A stretch of DNA of 34,240 bases from a virus (Duplodnaviria > Caudoviricetes), in IMG/VR virus record IMGVR_UViG_3300005805_000255, positions 1 through 34,240 of that record; one strand, given 5' to 3'. The notes under the pieces were generated by a model. The model saw nothing but the letters and a program-made list of their open reading frames with translations. It searched no databases and had not been told where the DNA came from. Both the position numbers and the translations under genes were made by a program. The first letter of the stretch is position 1, and every line of letters starts with the position of its first letter. Positions 1 to 6,551 of the stretch are shown piece after piece.

Positions 1-18
1 ACAACTTAGCTAAGTTGT
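1..18. repeat. Perfect 18-bp palindrome ACAACTTAG/CTAAGTTGT (may extend beyond the window edge)
   Basis: Seen directly; its arms resemble the CAACAnnTTA half of the repeated early-region motif. Confidence 0.85.
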
Positions 19-91
19 TGATTTCATTGACCCTACAGTTCAGGAACAGATCCTGCACTGGGGAGGAACTCACAGTTTCTGAGCCCTGACG

Positions 92-163
92 TGCCCTAGA
101 ACAGCCTGACAGCGCCTGGAGCATACGTCAGTACCCCTGAGCAGTTCAGGCTGTTCTAGGGCA
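92..163. repeat. 18-bp perfect inverted repeat with a 36-nt spacer
   Basis: TGCCCTAGAACAGCCTGA (92-109) and TCAGGCTGTTCTAGGGCA (146-163). Confidence 0.9.
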
Positions 164-166
164 TTC

Positions 167-216
167 TGCGGTGTTGAAAACAAAGGAGTTAGAAGTCCTT
201 TGTTTTGAACAAGTTA
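167..216. repeat. Back-to-back pair of the ~25-bp early-region motif, forming an 11-bp inverted repeat
   Basis: AAAACAAAGGA (177-187) and TCCTTTGTTTT (196-206); each side matches TAAC-tcctttgttttcaacaN-GTTA at one end. Confidence 0.8.
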
Positions 217-316
217 CACATTCGATGCAGAGCCTGTTTTTCAGCCAGAGCATCCATGAGTTCCAAGCAAGAAAAATACAGCGTTACGGTAAGCAGGATG
301 ATCGCGATCATCTAAA

Positions 317-341
317 CAACTCCTTGATTTTCAACAGGTTA
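317..341. repeat. ~25-bp early-region motif copy, overlapping the stop codon of the 339-686 gene
   Basis: CAAC-TCCTTGATTTTCAACAG-GTTA. Confidence 0.8.
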
Positions 342-686
342 GCCCTTCTGGGCCAGTACCAGATCCAGAACAGTCAGCACCTGGGTAGGAAAATCAATAC
401 GCCCGTCATACTCCAGCTGCTGACTTTCAAACTCAGTGCGAAAATCGTCCGAAACCACCTGCCAGTTGAGCACCGTTTGGCGGCTGTAATCAGTGTCCCA
501 CGTCACCTGGGGCCAAATCTGCGGAACTAGTTCATCAACACGATCCAGCGGGTAGCCAGCGGGCAAGGGGAAGAAGTAGTCGTCGCCGCCCTTGAACTTC
601 CAATACTGCGGGCAGATTCCCTGGCGGTCCCAATCGTGGGCGCCGTAGTTTTCGGAATACTGAGTAACGATGTGAATCTTGGCCAT
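339..686 (-). CDS. Hypothetical phage early protein (115 aa, MAKIHIVTQYSENYGAHDW...YWKFKGG)
   Basis: Start moved from 752 to ATG 686, which has an AGGAG RBS and lies downstream of the promoter at 720-748. Confidence 0.85.
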   Translation of the reverse strand: MAKIHIVTQYSENYGAHDWDRQGICPQYWKFKGGDDYFFPLPAGYPLDRVDELVPQIWPQVTWDTDYSRQTVLNWQVVSDDFRTEFESQQLEYDGRIDFPTQVLTVLDLVLAQKG

Positions 687-719
687 TGTGTGTTCTCCTG
701 TGCTATCTGCTACTCTTTT

Positions 720-748
720 ATGATAGCATTTGAGTACAGTTAAGTCAT
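720..748 (-). promoter_or_regulatory. Sigma70-type early promoter
   Basis: ATGACT-N17-TATCAT with extended TG; closely similar to the promoter at 1246-1274. Confidence 0.75.
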
Positions 749-777
749 CCAAAAAGCAAAATTTCTTTTGCCTTTGT

Positions 778-876
778 TTTCAACAGGTTAGCAGCATTTA
801 CCTTAGCCAACTTCGCCCTCAATGCACTCTGCTAATAGGTTTTCAGTGCATACTCCGAGCTGCTAACCTGTTGAAA
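778..876. repeat. 99-bp intergenic element with 18-bp terminal inverted repeats and an inner 7-bp stem
   Basis: TTTCAACAGGTTAGCAGC (778-795) / GCTGCTAACCTGTTGAAA (859-876); inner ATGCACT (822-828) / AGTGCAT (845-851). Confidence 0.85.
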
Positions 877-885
877 TTGTTGAAG

Positions 886-1206
886 TTAGACCGCCGTCAG
901 CATGGCGAACGGAACCGTGACCAAAGAACCCACCCGATATTTACCCCACGTGGGGCCCGTGATGCGCACCGTAGCGCGAGTCTGGCGCTTTTCAGTGATC
1001 ACCGCAGTGTAGGTGTAAGGCGCCCGCTTCCGGGCGCTGGTGAACGACACAGTGGAACCAATGCCCAACTGATACTTGACTTCCATGGCCTTGCGGTTGC
1101 GCCGCAGCTGAATCGCATTGGCCAACTGGTCCAAAGCAGCGTCGTCGCTCTTGTGAATAAAGTCAATCACTTCCATCAGTTTGATCGTGTTCTGCGTCTT
1201 GTTCAT
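886..1206 (-). CDS. Hypothetical phage early protein (106 aa), possible SH3/KOW-like C-terminal barrel
   Basis: ORF with AGGAG RBS and its own promoter; the fold is inferred from the IGSTVSF...AVITEKRQTRATV pattern. Confidence 0.85.
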   Translation of the reverse strand: MNKTQNTIKLMEVIDFIHKSDDAALDQLANAIQLRRNRKAMEVKYQLGIGSTVSFTSARKRAPYTYTAVITEKRQTRATVRITGPTWGKYRVGSLVTVPFAMLTAV

Positions 1207-1245
1207 GAAGTGTGTCTCCTGTGTTGTGTTCTCTGCTACTCTTTT

Positions 1246-1274
1246 AGTTTAGCATTTGGGTGCAGTTGAGTCAA
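1246..1274 (-). promoter_or_regulatory. Sigma70-type early promoter
   Basis: TTGACT-N17-TAAACT with extended TG and an AT-rich upstream tract. Confidence 0.85.
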
Positions 1275-1314
1275 CCAAATTGCAAAAATTCTTTAGCTCA
1301 GTGTTTTCAACAGG

Positions 1315-1707
1315 TTACAGGTTCAGCGCCTGACGTTCTTCGTCGCTGAGTTTGCTCAACGCCCGCTGCCGCAACTGGTACAGACGTTCTGCTTCTTTTT
1401 CTGCCTGAATCAAACTTTCAACAGCCTGCTCAACTTCTTGGAGAGCATAGATGAATTCAAAGTTGTATTCCTCCGGCAGTTCCACAGGAAACCACTTGTC
1501 GTTCATGTATCGAGGACGAGAGAACACAAACGAATCACGATCAGCGTCTTTTCGCACACTCACCTCAGGCCAACGACTGAATTCGTAAACCAGATTCAGC
1601 AAGCGCCGAGGATAGCTGGCCTTAAATTCAGCCCACTCCTGACGTTGATGTTGGACCAGTTGTTCCTGTTCTTTGGCTCGCCGTTCAGCTAAACTCATTC
1701 TGGGCAT
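1315..1707 (-). CDS. Hypothetical phage early protein (130 aa, helical, ends ALSKLSDEERQALNL)
   Basis: AGGAG RBS, its own promoter, and a stop codon inside the repeat motif at 1294-1317. Confidence 0.85.
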   Translation of the reverse strand: MPRMSLAERRAKEQEQLVQHQRQEWAEFKASYPRRLLNLVYEFSRWPEVSVRKDADRDSFVFSRPRYMNDKWFPVELPEEYNFEFIYALQEVEQAVESLIQAEKEAERLYQLRQRALSKLSDEERQALNL

Positions 1708-1726
1708 GTTTATCTCCTACTCAAAC

Positions 1727-1756
1727 AGTGTAGCAAATGAGTCTGCACCGTGTCAA
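1727..1756 (-). promoter_or_regulatory. Sigma70-type early promoter
   Basis: TTGACA-N18-TACACT with extended TG. Confidence 0.8.
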
Positions 1757-1761
1757 CCGGG

Positions 1762-2151
1762 TTAGAATTTTACCACTGTGGCTTCGATGATTTTGTCCAT
1801 CAGAGTCTTTTTTGCAGCAGAATGCTTGCGGTACGCGATTCTCCACTCGCTCATCACAGCATTGACAAAGGTATCATAGTGATTGCCCCGGAAAACCCAT
1901 TTGTCAATGGACTTGTCATAGATCACTGACTCTTTCCAGGAATCAACTTCCAGAAACATATTGACCGCGTTTGATCGGCCTTTGAGGCGTTCAGCTGCTT
2001 CTTTTTGCTCAGCCTGGTTGGCCGCTCCCTCGTTCAAAACAAAATACAGCCAAGAGTCAACGATACGATCAAAATTATTGTCGGGCAGTTCCAGATATTT
2101 GTCGTGCTTTTTCTTTGCTGCTATTCTGTTGGACAGAAAGGATTCGCTCAT
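1762..2151 (-). CDS. Hypothetical phage protein (129 aa)
   Basis: ORF fills the space between two promoters; ATG is 8 nt after the -10 box. Confidence 0.8.
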   Translation of the reverse strand: MSESFLSNRIAAKKKHDKYLELPDNNFDRIVDSWLYFVLNEGAANQAEQKEAAERLKGRSNAVNMFLEVDSWKESVIYDKSIDKWVFRGNHYDTFVNAVMSEWRIAYRKHSAAKKTLMDKIIEATVVKF

Positions 2152-2159
2152 ACTACTCC

Positions 2160-2189
2160 AGTGTAACGGTTGAGTGGACTCGGTGTCAA
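2160..2189 (-). promoter_or_regulatory. Sigma70-type early promoter
   Basis: TTGACA-N18-TACACT. Confidence 0.75.
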
Positions 2190-2196
2190 CCTGAGA

Positions 2197-2421
2197 TTAG
2201 GATTTTTGTCCTTTGGTCAGAACCCACCAAGTCAGCTGTTCGGGATACATCTTGATCAACTGCTGGGGAGCCTGGATAGTGTCCCACTGTGAATCATAAA
2301 ATTTCACACGGACTTTTTTGGGAGTGAATTTAGTGATCACTCCCACTCGATAATTCTTTCCATATCCGATCATGATTACATAATCGTTTACAGCTAGGTC
2401 TTGATTTAGGAAGTCTTTCAT
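2197..2421 (-). CDS. MKDFL-family small protein, paralog 1 (74 aa)
   Basis: Clearly similar to 2825-3061 and 3480-3788; ATGA overlap with the upstream gene. Confidence 0.85.
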   Translation of the reverse strand: MKDFLNQDLAVNDYVIMIGYGKNYRVGVITKFTPKKVRVKFYDSQWDTIQAPQQLIKMYPEQLTWWVLTKGQKS

Positions 2422-2825
2422 TTCTTTAGCAATTCATTATGGATTAGCACAGTGGTGAACTTTATGTCGTCTTTGTTCCGGCGGGCACCCAAAGCAGAGT
2501 TGAATACTAGGTAGTCCGGAGCCTGAATGCCTGCCAGTATTTGGCCTGCCAGTGGCCCTCCAATGCACAGGTGTTTCTTTTCAACAGACCGATTGATAAT
2601 GGTGCAAGAATAGCTCCAGATATCGCCAATCAGCACAAAACAGTCTAGATGAATTTCATGTACCAGTGTCTTGGGCTTGTCTACCAGCTGTTCTTTGTAC
2701 TTTTGGGTAGCATAATGCGCGATATTCCAGCCCAATTGACTGAACACCTGATCACCAATTGACCGCCACTTGTAATACTTGCGTTCGGTTACCAGAGGAA
2801 ACGGTTGATCGTAGACAGTGGCCAT
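2418..2825 (-). CDS. Hypothetical protein (135 aa from MATVYD)
   Basis: Start moved to ATG 2825, giving a TAATG overlap with the upstream stop; contains a CIGGPLAG motif. Confidence 0.75.
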   Translation of the reverse strand: MATVYDQPFPLVTERKYYKWRSIGDQVFSQLGWNIAHYATQKYKEQLVDKPKTLVHEIHLDCFVLIGDIWSYSCTIINRSVEKKHLCIGGPLAGQILAGIQAPDYLVFNSALGARRNKDDIKFTTVLIHNELLKK

Positions 2826-3061
2826 TATGCGTTTTTTCCTCGATTCAGCAGATACCAAGTCATCTGTTCAGGCGAGACTTTGACTAGGTCTTGCGGGTAG
2901 AAGGAATTGGGTTTCTTGTCCCAGCGACTGGTATCCACTTGCACCATCTTGGGAGAAAATTTCACAATGTGGCCGATAGTGAATCCACGCTGTTGACCAA
3001 ATGCTGAACCCACTATCACGTGGTCGCCCACTGCCAGTTCCTGTCCTAAAAAGTCTTTCAC
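2825..3061 (-). CDS. MKDFL-family small protein, paralog 2 (78 aa)
   Basis: MKDFLGQELAVGDHV...IVKFSPKMVQV...PEQMTWYLL; GTGA overlap. Confidence 0.85.
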   Translation of the reverse strand: MKDFLGQELAVGDHVIVGSAFGQQRGFTIGHIVKFSPKMVQVDTSRWDKKPNSFYPQDLVKVSPEQMTWYLLNRGKNA

Positions 3062-3273
3062 TGTGAATTTCTCCTGAGTTTGGGTCCCAGCACTTCAGTT
3101 ACAATGGCGTCAACATTGACGGACGCTGTGATATTACCTTGCAATTGTTCCAAGCGACTGATGTCCTGATATAGACGATCCTTGATCCGGCAGATTTCTT
3201 CATAGCCTGTTTGCGGCCGTGCAGGCTCACAAACCCATTTTTGCAGAAGTCGAATAAACGGGTTAGTGCTCAT
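3058..3273 (-). CDS. Hypothetical protein (71 aa)
   Basis: Start/stop overlaps with both neighbours. Confidence 0.7.
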   Translation of the reverse strand: MSTNPFIRLLQKWVCEPARPQTGYEEICRIKDRLYQDISRLEQLQGNITASVNVDAIVTEVLGPKLRRNSQ

Positions 3274-3470
3274 TGGTTTTTTCCAACTCTAGACAACGAC
3301 AAAACAACCACTTCGCTATCCACAATGTAAGCCAATTCACGCATGGACACGTTCTGTTCTTTGTATTTGTCAAAAATTGGCGTAAGAGCAGCATACACTT
3401 CAGATGCGATAGTACGGCCTAATGGGTTGAGACTTTCGGAGGTGGGATCAAACAATCGAACTTTTTCCAT
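3270..3470 (-). CDS. Hypothetical protein (66 aa)
   Basis: AAGGA RBS; ATGA overlap with the downstream gene. Confidence 0.75.
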   Translation of the reverse strand: MEKVRLFDPTSESLNPLGRTIASEVYAALTPIFDKYKEQNVSMRELAYIVDSEVVVLSLSRVGKNQ

Positions 3471-3479
3471 AAATGTCCT

Positions 3480-3788
3480 TTAGCTCAGAACCTGAATCCT
3501 GCTGGGAACGTTGCCAAAGATTTCGGCATTTTTAATGTTGATCTGTTGAATCCGTTTTAGCATCTCGCATCTTTCGGAAGATTGTATATACTGCTGGAAC
3601 TGAGAATCAGACATTTTAATCACAGCATCAGGAGAATGAATAGTGATTTTACCTGGCATGTCAAAAAATTCTACCCGAACTTTCTGTGCAGTGAATCCAA
3701 TCACTACTGCAACAAAATAGCATTTTCCATATCCTATTGTGAATACGCGATCGCCTTCTGACAAGGGTTGATCTAAAAAATCCTTCAC
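3480..3788 (-). CDS. MKDFL-family small protein, paralog 3 (102 aa)
   Basis: GGAGG RBS and GTG start; MKDFLDQPLSEGDRVFTIGYGK...FTAQKVRVEF. Confidence 0.85.
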   Translation of the reverse strand: MKDFLDQPLSEGDRVFTIGYGKCYFVAVVIGFTAQKVRVEFFDMPGKITIHSPDAVIKMSDSQFQQYIQSSERCEMLKRIQQINIKNAEIFGNVPSRIQVLS

Positions 3789-3821
3789 ATGAACCTCCAG
3801 ATGTGTTGTTACTACTCAACT

Positions 3822-3850
3822 ATTTTAACAAATGGTTGATACAATGTCAA
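3822..3850 (-). promoter_or_regulatory. Sigma70-type early promoter driving the 3788-to-2197 operon
   Basis: TTGACA-N17-TAAAAT with extended TG; a short ACGCAG/CTGCGT stem-loop lies just upstream. Confidence 0.85.
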
Positions 3851-3888
3851 CCAAAACGCAGAATTTTATCTCCTGCGTAGTCAAAAGT

Positions 3889-4131
3889 TTAGCTCAGCAC
3901 CTGAATCCTGCTGGCCCAGTCGGCAAACATATTGCCAGGTTTGGGAGTCTGCATACACTCAGTTTTGGGTCCGGTCCACACGTTGCCGCTCCAGATGTCC
4001 AGCAGTACATCATACTGAATCATATCGCCCACCAATCCAGTAACCCGGCCAATCTTGTAGCAGCTTGGGCGGCCTTCACAGGGTTCGAAGTCTTCAAACT
4101 TGCAAATGTTGCCCACTTGGATGTTCTGCAT
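3889..4131 (-). CDS. Hypothetical protein (80 aa from MQNIQVG), probably leaderless
   Basis: ATG 4131 is 7 nt after the -10 box and has no SD sequence. Confidence 0.75.
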   Translation of the reverse strand: MQNIQVGNICKFEDFEPCEGRPSCYKIGRVTGLVGDMIQYDVLLDIWSGNVWTGPKTECMQTPKPGNMFADWASRIQVLS

Positions 4132-4138
4132 ATTCACT

Positions 4139-4167
4139 ATTATGGCACCTTTGTTCTAGGATGTCAA
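4139..4167 (-). promoter_or_regulatory. Sigma70-type early promoter
   Basis: TTGACA-N17-CATAAT with extended TG. Confidence 0.75.
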
Positions 4168-4173
4168 TCTGGG

Positions 4174-4413
4174 CTAATTGCCAGTGAAAATGTAGACCAA
4201 CTCGTAAGAAATATTGAGCACTTGCTCTTCGCCATGCGAATGCCCCCGACTATATGCATAGGATGCCAGACGATTTATGTACTGCTCAGGCACGCCCTGT
4301 GCAAACAGCCACTCACGAAAATCGCCGTCAAATGTACGCTCTTGGGAGTTTTCCTGCTCCCAACGATAGTACCCAGTATTCACGTCAGTTTCAAAATTAC
4401 CGGTTTTGGTCAA
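4174..4413 (-). CDS. Hypothetical protein (about 79 aa; ...LASYAYSRGHSHGEEQV...)
   Basis: Start moved to the in-frame TTG at 4413, which follows GGAG and removes most of the overlap with the next gene; start uncertain. Confidence 0.65.
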   Translation of the reverse strand: MTKTGNFETDVNTGYYRWEQENSQERTFDGDFREWLFAQGVPEQYINRLASYAYSRGHSHGEEQVLNISYELVYIFTGN

Positions 4414-4576
4414 TGGTGTTCTCCCCAAATGCGATGTTGACTTCTTTGCGACGAATCTGACGCTCATACTCATGAATCTGTTTGATAACGCTGGGCTTTT
4501 TGGGCAGCAGGAGACGAAGTTTTTCAATCTCCTGCTGCAACCAGCGTATTTCATGAAGCAATTGCTGTTTCGTCAC
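4397..4576 (-). CDS. Small helical hypothetical protein (59 aa), probably leaderless
   Basis: GTG 4576 is 6 nt after the -10 box; the longer ORF start lies inside the -35 box. Confidence 0.6.
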   Translation of the reverse strand: MTKQQLLHEIRWLQQEIEKLRLLLPKKPSVIKQIHEYERQIRRKEVNIAFGENTIDQNR

Positions 4577-4582
4577 AATTCC

Positions 4583-4612
4583 AGAATAGCAAACGAGTCT
4601 AGACTGTGTCAA
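4583..4612 (-). promoter_or_regulatory. Sigma70-type early promoter
   Basis: TTGACA-N18-TATTCT with extended TG. Confidence 0.75.
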
Positions 4613-4671
4613 CCAGTACCAGATTGCAAGTATGAATGTGGCTAGCAGCGTACCAGTGTTAGCTGAGTCAA

Positions 4672-4700
4672 GAAAAATTTTGGACTCCCTAGGGAGTCCA
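4672..4700 (-). terminator. Probable intrinsic terminator after uvsY
   Basis: Perfect palindrome TGGACTCCCT/AGGGAGTCCA (4681-4700), 3 nt past the stop, followed by AAATTTTTC on the minus strand. Confidence 0.7.
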
Positions 4701-4703
4701 GAA

Positions 4704-5156
4704 TCAAAAAGTCACATCATCCATTCCAGCCACTTTCAACTTTACGATATTGCTCAATGTCCAGTTTTTGCTGTCCAGGGCTTTGATGACGCCCAGATAT
4801 TGGTTTCTGAGCAGAGCCACCTCATTGATCAGCTCCTCATATTCCACCACTTCGGTTTCACCATCCACGTACTTCTCAGCATCACGACTACTCAGTGCTT
4901 TGGCGTATTTTTCCAGATAAGCCTGAAAATGTCGTCGTCTGATCTTTCTGAGCTGAATGTTCAGGTAGTTGAGCACCGCTTCAATTTCCTGAAGCTGATT
5001 GAAGCGGTGTTCCACTATGCCTGGCAATTGAGCCAGGTTCTTTTCCAGGTTGCCTTTGGCTATGACTTCTATTTTGGCTTGTGCCAGCTCTGCACGATAA
5101 TGATCCAGAAAGTCAGCCAAATGCGCGATATTTTCTGATACTTTAGTAAGCCACAT
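4704..5156 (-). CDS. uvsY: UvsY-like recombination mediator
   Basis: 150-aa helical protein with AEKYVDGE...KALDSKNWTLSNIVKLKVAG, typical of T4-like UvsY; next to uvsX and gp32. Confidence 0.8.
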   Translation of the reverse strand: MWLTKVSENIAHLADFLDHYRAELAQAKIEVIAKGNLEKNLAQLPGIVEHRFNQLQEIEAVLNYLNIQLRKIRRRHFQAYLEKYAKALSSRDAEKYVDGETEVVEYEELINEVALLRNQYLGVIKALDSKNWTLSNIVKLKVAGMDDVTF

Positions 5157-5416
5157 TAGTACCTGTCGTCTTCGTAATCGTCATCATCACCATAGTCGTC
5201 TGAATCTGATTCTTCCTGCTCTTCAGCGTCTTGAGCCACTGCTTCTGCAAGATATCGATCGTAATCAGCCAGGTTTTCCAGGTCGTCGTCTGTGAACTCC
5301 AGTCTGCGACAGGCTATGATCATCTGTTCAGCTGCTGCGTCACGCTCACGAGCAGGAATATAATCCAACAGGTTGCGCCACAGTTCAGCAGCAAGTTCCA
5401 CCGGATCAGTCTGCAT
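5156..5416 (-). CDS. Acidic hypothetical protein (86 aa)
   Basis: AGGAG RBS; TAATG coupling to uvsY; D/E-rich tail. Confidence 0.8.
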   Translation of the reverse strand: MQTDPVELAAELWRNLLDYIPARERDAAAEQMIIACRRLEFTDDDLENLADYDRYLAEAVAQDAEEQEESDSDDYGDDDDYEDDRY

Positions 5417-6479
5417 CTGATTCTCCTTTCTGAACTATTTTAGTAGTCATACGTTCAGGATTCTGTGTGAGATCCTGAATGATAGCATCCCACAGATTAT
5501 TCTCGTTGGTTTCATAAGCTCTGCGATAGGCTTTGATTTCATTGCCATCAGTCATCACATAGCTCAAACGATTACCATCTTTGACCAGCAGACCCTGATT
5601 TTCCAGCAATTCAGTCATTCCGCTGTGCAGAGTCATGCCAGTGGCATAGGGAATTTTGACCTGCACCGTTTCAAACGGTTTATTGTAACGGGTTTTCATC
5701 ACCTTGCAGGCTGCACGAATACCCTGTACATCTGTGGTTTTGTTGCCGTCTTCATCTTCCTTCAGCTTGAGCTTCTTCATAGCCACCACAATTGAGCTGG
5801 CATAAATGAAGCCCTGGCCGCCACTGATCTTGTCGTCAGGGTCAAACATGTCCTGACTGGCATAGGTGTGATTGGTGGCCAGCATACCCACATTGTGGCT
5901 GCCAAACATGTTCACACAATTGCGAACCAGACTGGTTAGTGCTTTGGGTTTGCGACCCATGTCGCCCTTCATTTCGCCCTTCTCAAACTGATCCACGTCA
6001 GTGGGAGTGAGTAGCATGCCCAGACTGTCAATCACAAACAAAACTCGGGGTTTGGATTCACCAGCTGGAATGGCTTTATAGTCCTTCATAAAGGTGCTGA
6101 TGGTTTTAGCCACATCGTCAATCATTGCAATATTGAGCTTGAGCAGCTTTTCTTCACTGGTGTCCACACCCAGATCTTGCAACCAGGCTTCGTCCAGTGC
6201 ATTTTCACTGTCCACCAGGATCACAAAAATGCCCTGAGCTTGAGCATTGCGAATCACGTTGCCTGAGCAAATATAGCTCTTGCCGCTGCCACTTTCGCCT
6301 GCAAACACAGTGACTTTGCCCAGCGGAATGCCGTGATGAAAATTTCCACTGATACGATAGTTCAGCGCCCAGTTGCCGGTGCTGATCCAGTCAGTGGGGT
6401 CATTGAAGCCCACTCCCAGACCTTCAATGCTCTTGGTGATTTCTTTCCTAAATTTCGAGATGTCAAAAGGTTTTGCCAT
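5406..6479 (-). CDS. uvsX: RecA/UvsX-like recombinase
   Basis: Walker A GESGSGKS, VDSENALD, Walker B LFVIDSLG, NHTY and SGGQGFIYASS motifs. Confidence 0.95.
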   Translation of the reverse strand: MAKPFDISKFRKEITKSIEGLGVGFNDPTDWISTGNWALNYRISGNFHHGIPLGKVTVFAGESGSGKSYICSGNVIRNAQAQGIFVILVDSENALDEAWLQDLGVDTSEEKLLKLNIAMIDDVAKTISTFMKDYKAIPAGESKPRVLFVIDSLGMLLTPTDVDQFEKGEMKGDMGRKPKALTSLVRNCVNMFGSHNVGMLATNHTYASQDMFDPDDKISGGQGFIYASSIVVAMKKLKLKEDEDGNKTTDVQGIRAACKVMKTRYNKPFETVQVKIPYATGMTLHSGMTELLENQGLLVKDGNRLSYVMTDGNEIKAYRRAYETNENNLWDAIIQDLTQNPERMTTKIVQKGESDAD

Positions 6480-6504
6480 ATGTTAGTTACCTGTGTATAT
6501 ATAG

Positions 6505-6540
6505 AAATTCACAGTGGTGTATAAAATACACCACTGTGAA
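6505..6540 (-). terminator. 15-bp perfect hairpin between gp32 and uvsX (terminator or RNA-processing site)
   Basis: TTCACAGTGGTGTAT (6508-6522)-AAA-ATACACCACTGTGAA (6526-6540); only a short T run follows. Confidence 0.65.
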
Positions 6541-6551
6541 AGTGTGTTGTG

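Noticed and set aside
171-1269. Plus-strand ORFs 171-530 and 730-1269
   Set aside because: They cross repeats and promoters and lie antisense to genes with clear promoters and RBSs.
1-1317. Reading the repeats as a CRISPR array or true integron attC sites
   Set aside because: Copies are degenerate, in both orientations and irregularly spaced; the 25-bp unit is too short for attC; no cas or integron integrase gene is present.
4640-4671. TTGACT at 4666-4671 (minus strand) as another early promoter
   Set aside because: No acceptable -10 hexamer at 16-18 nt; possibly a decayed cassette.
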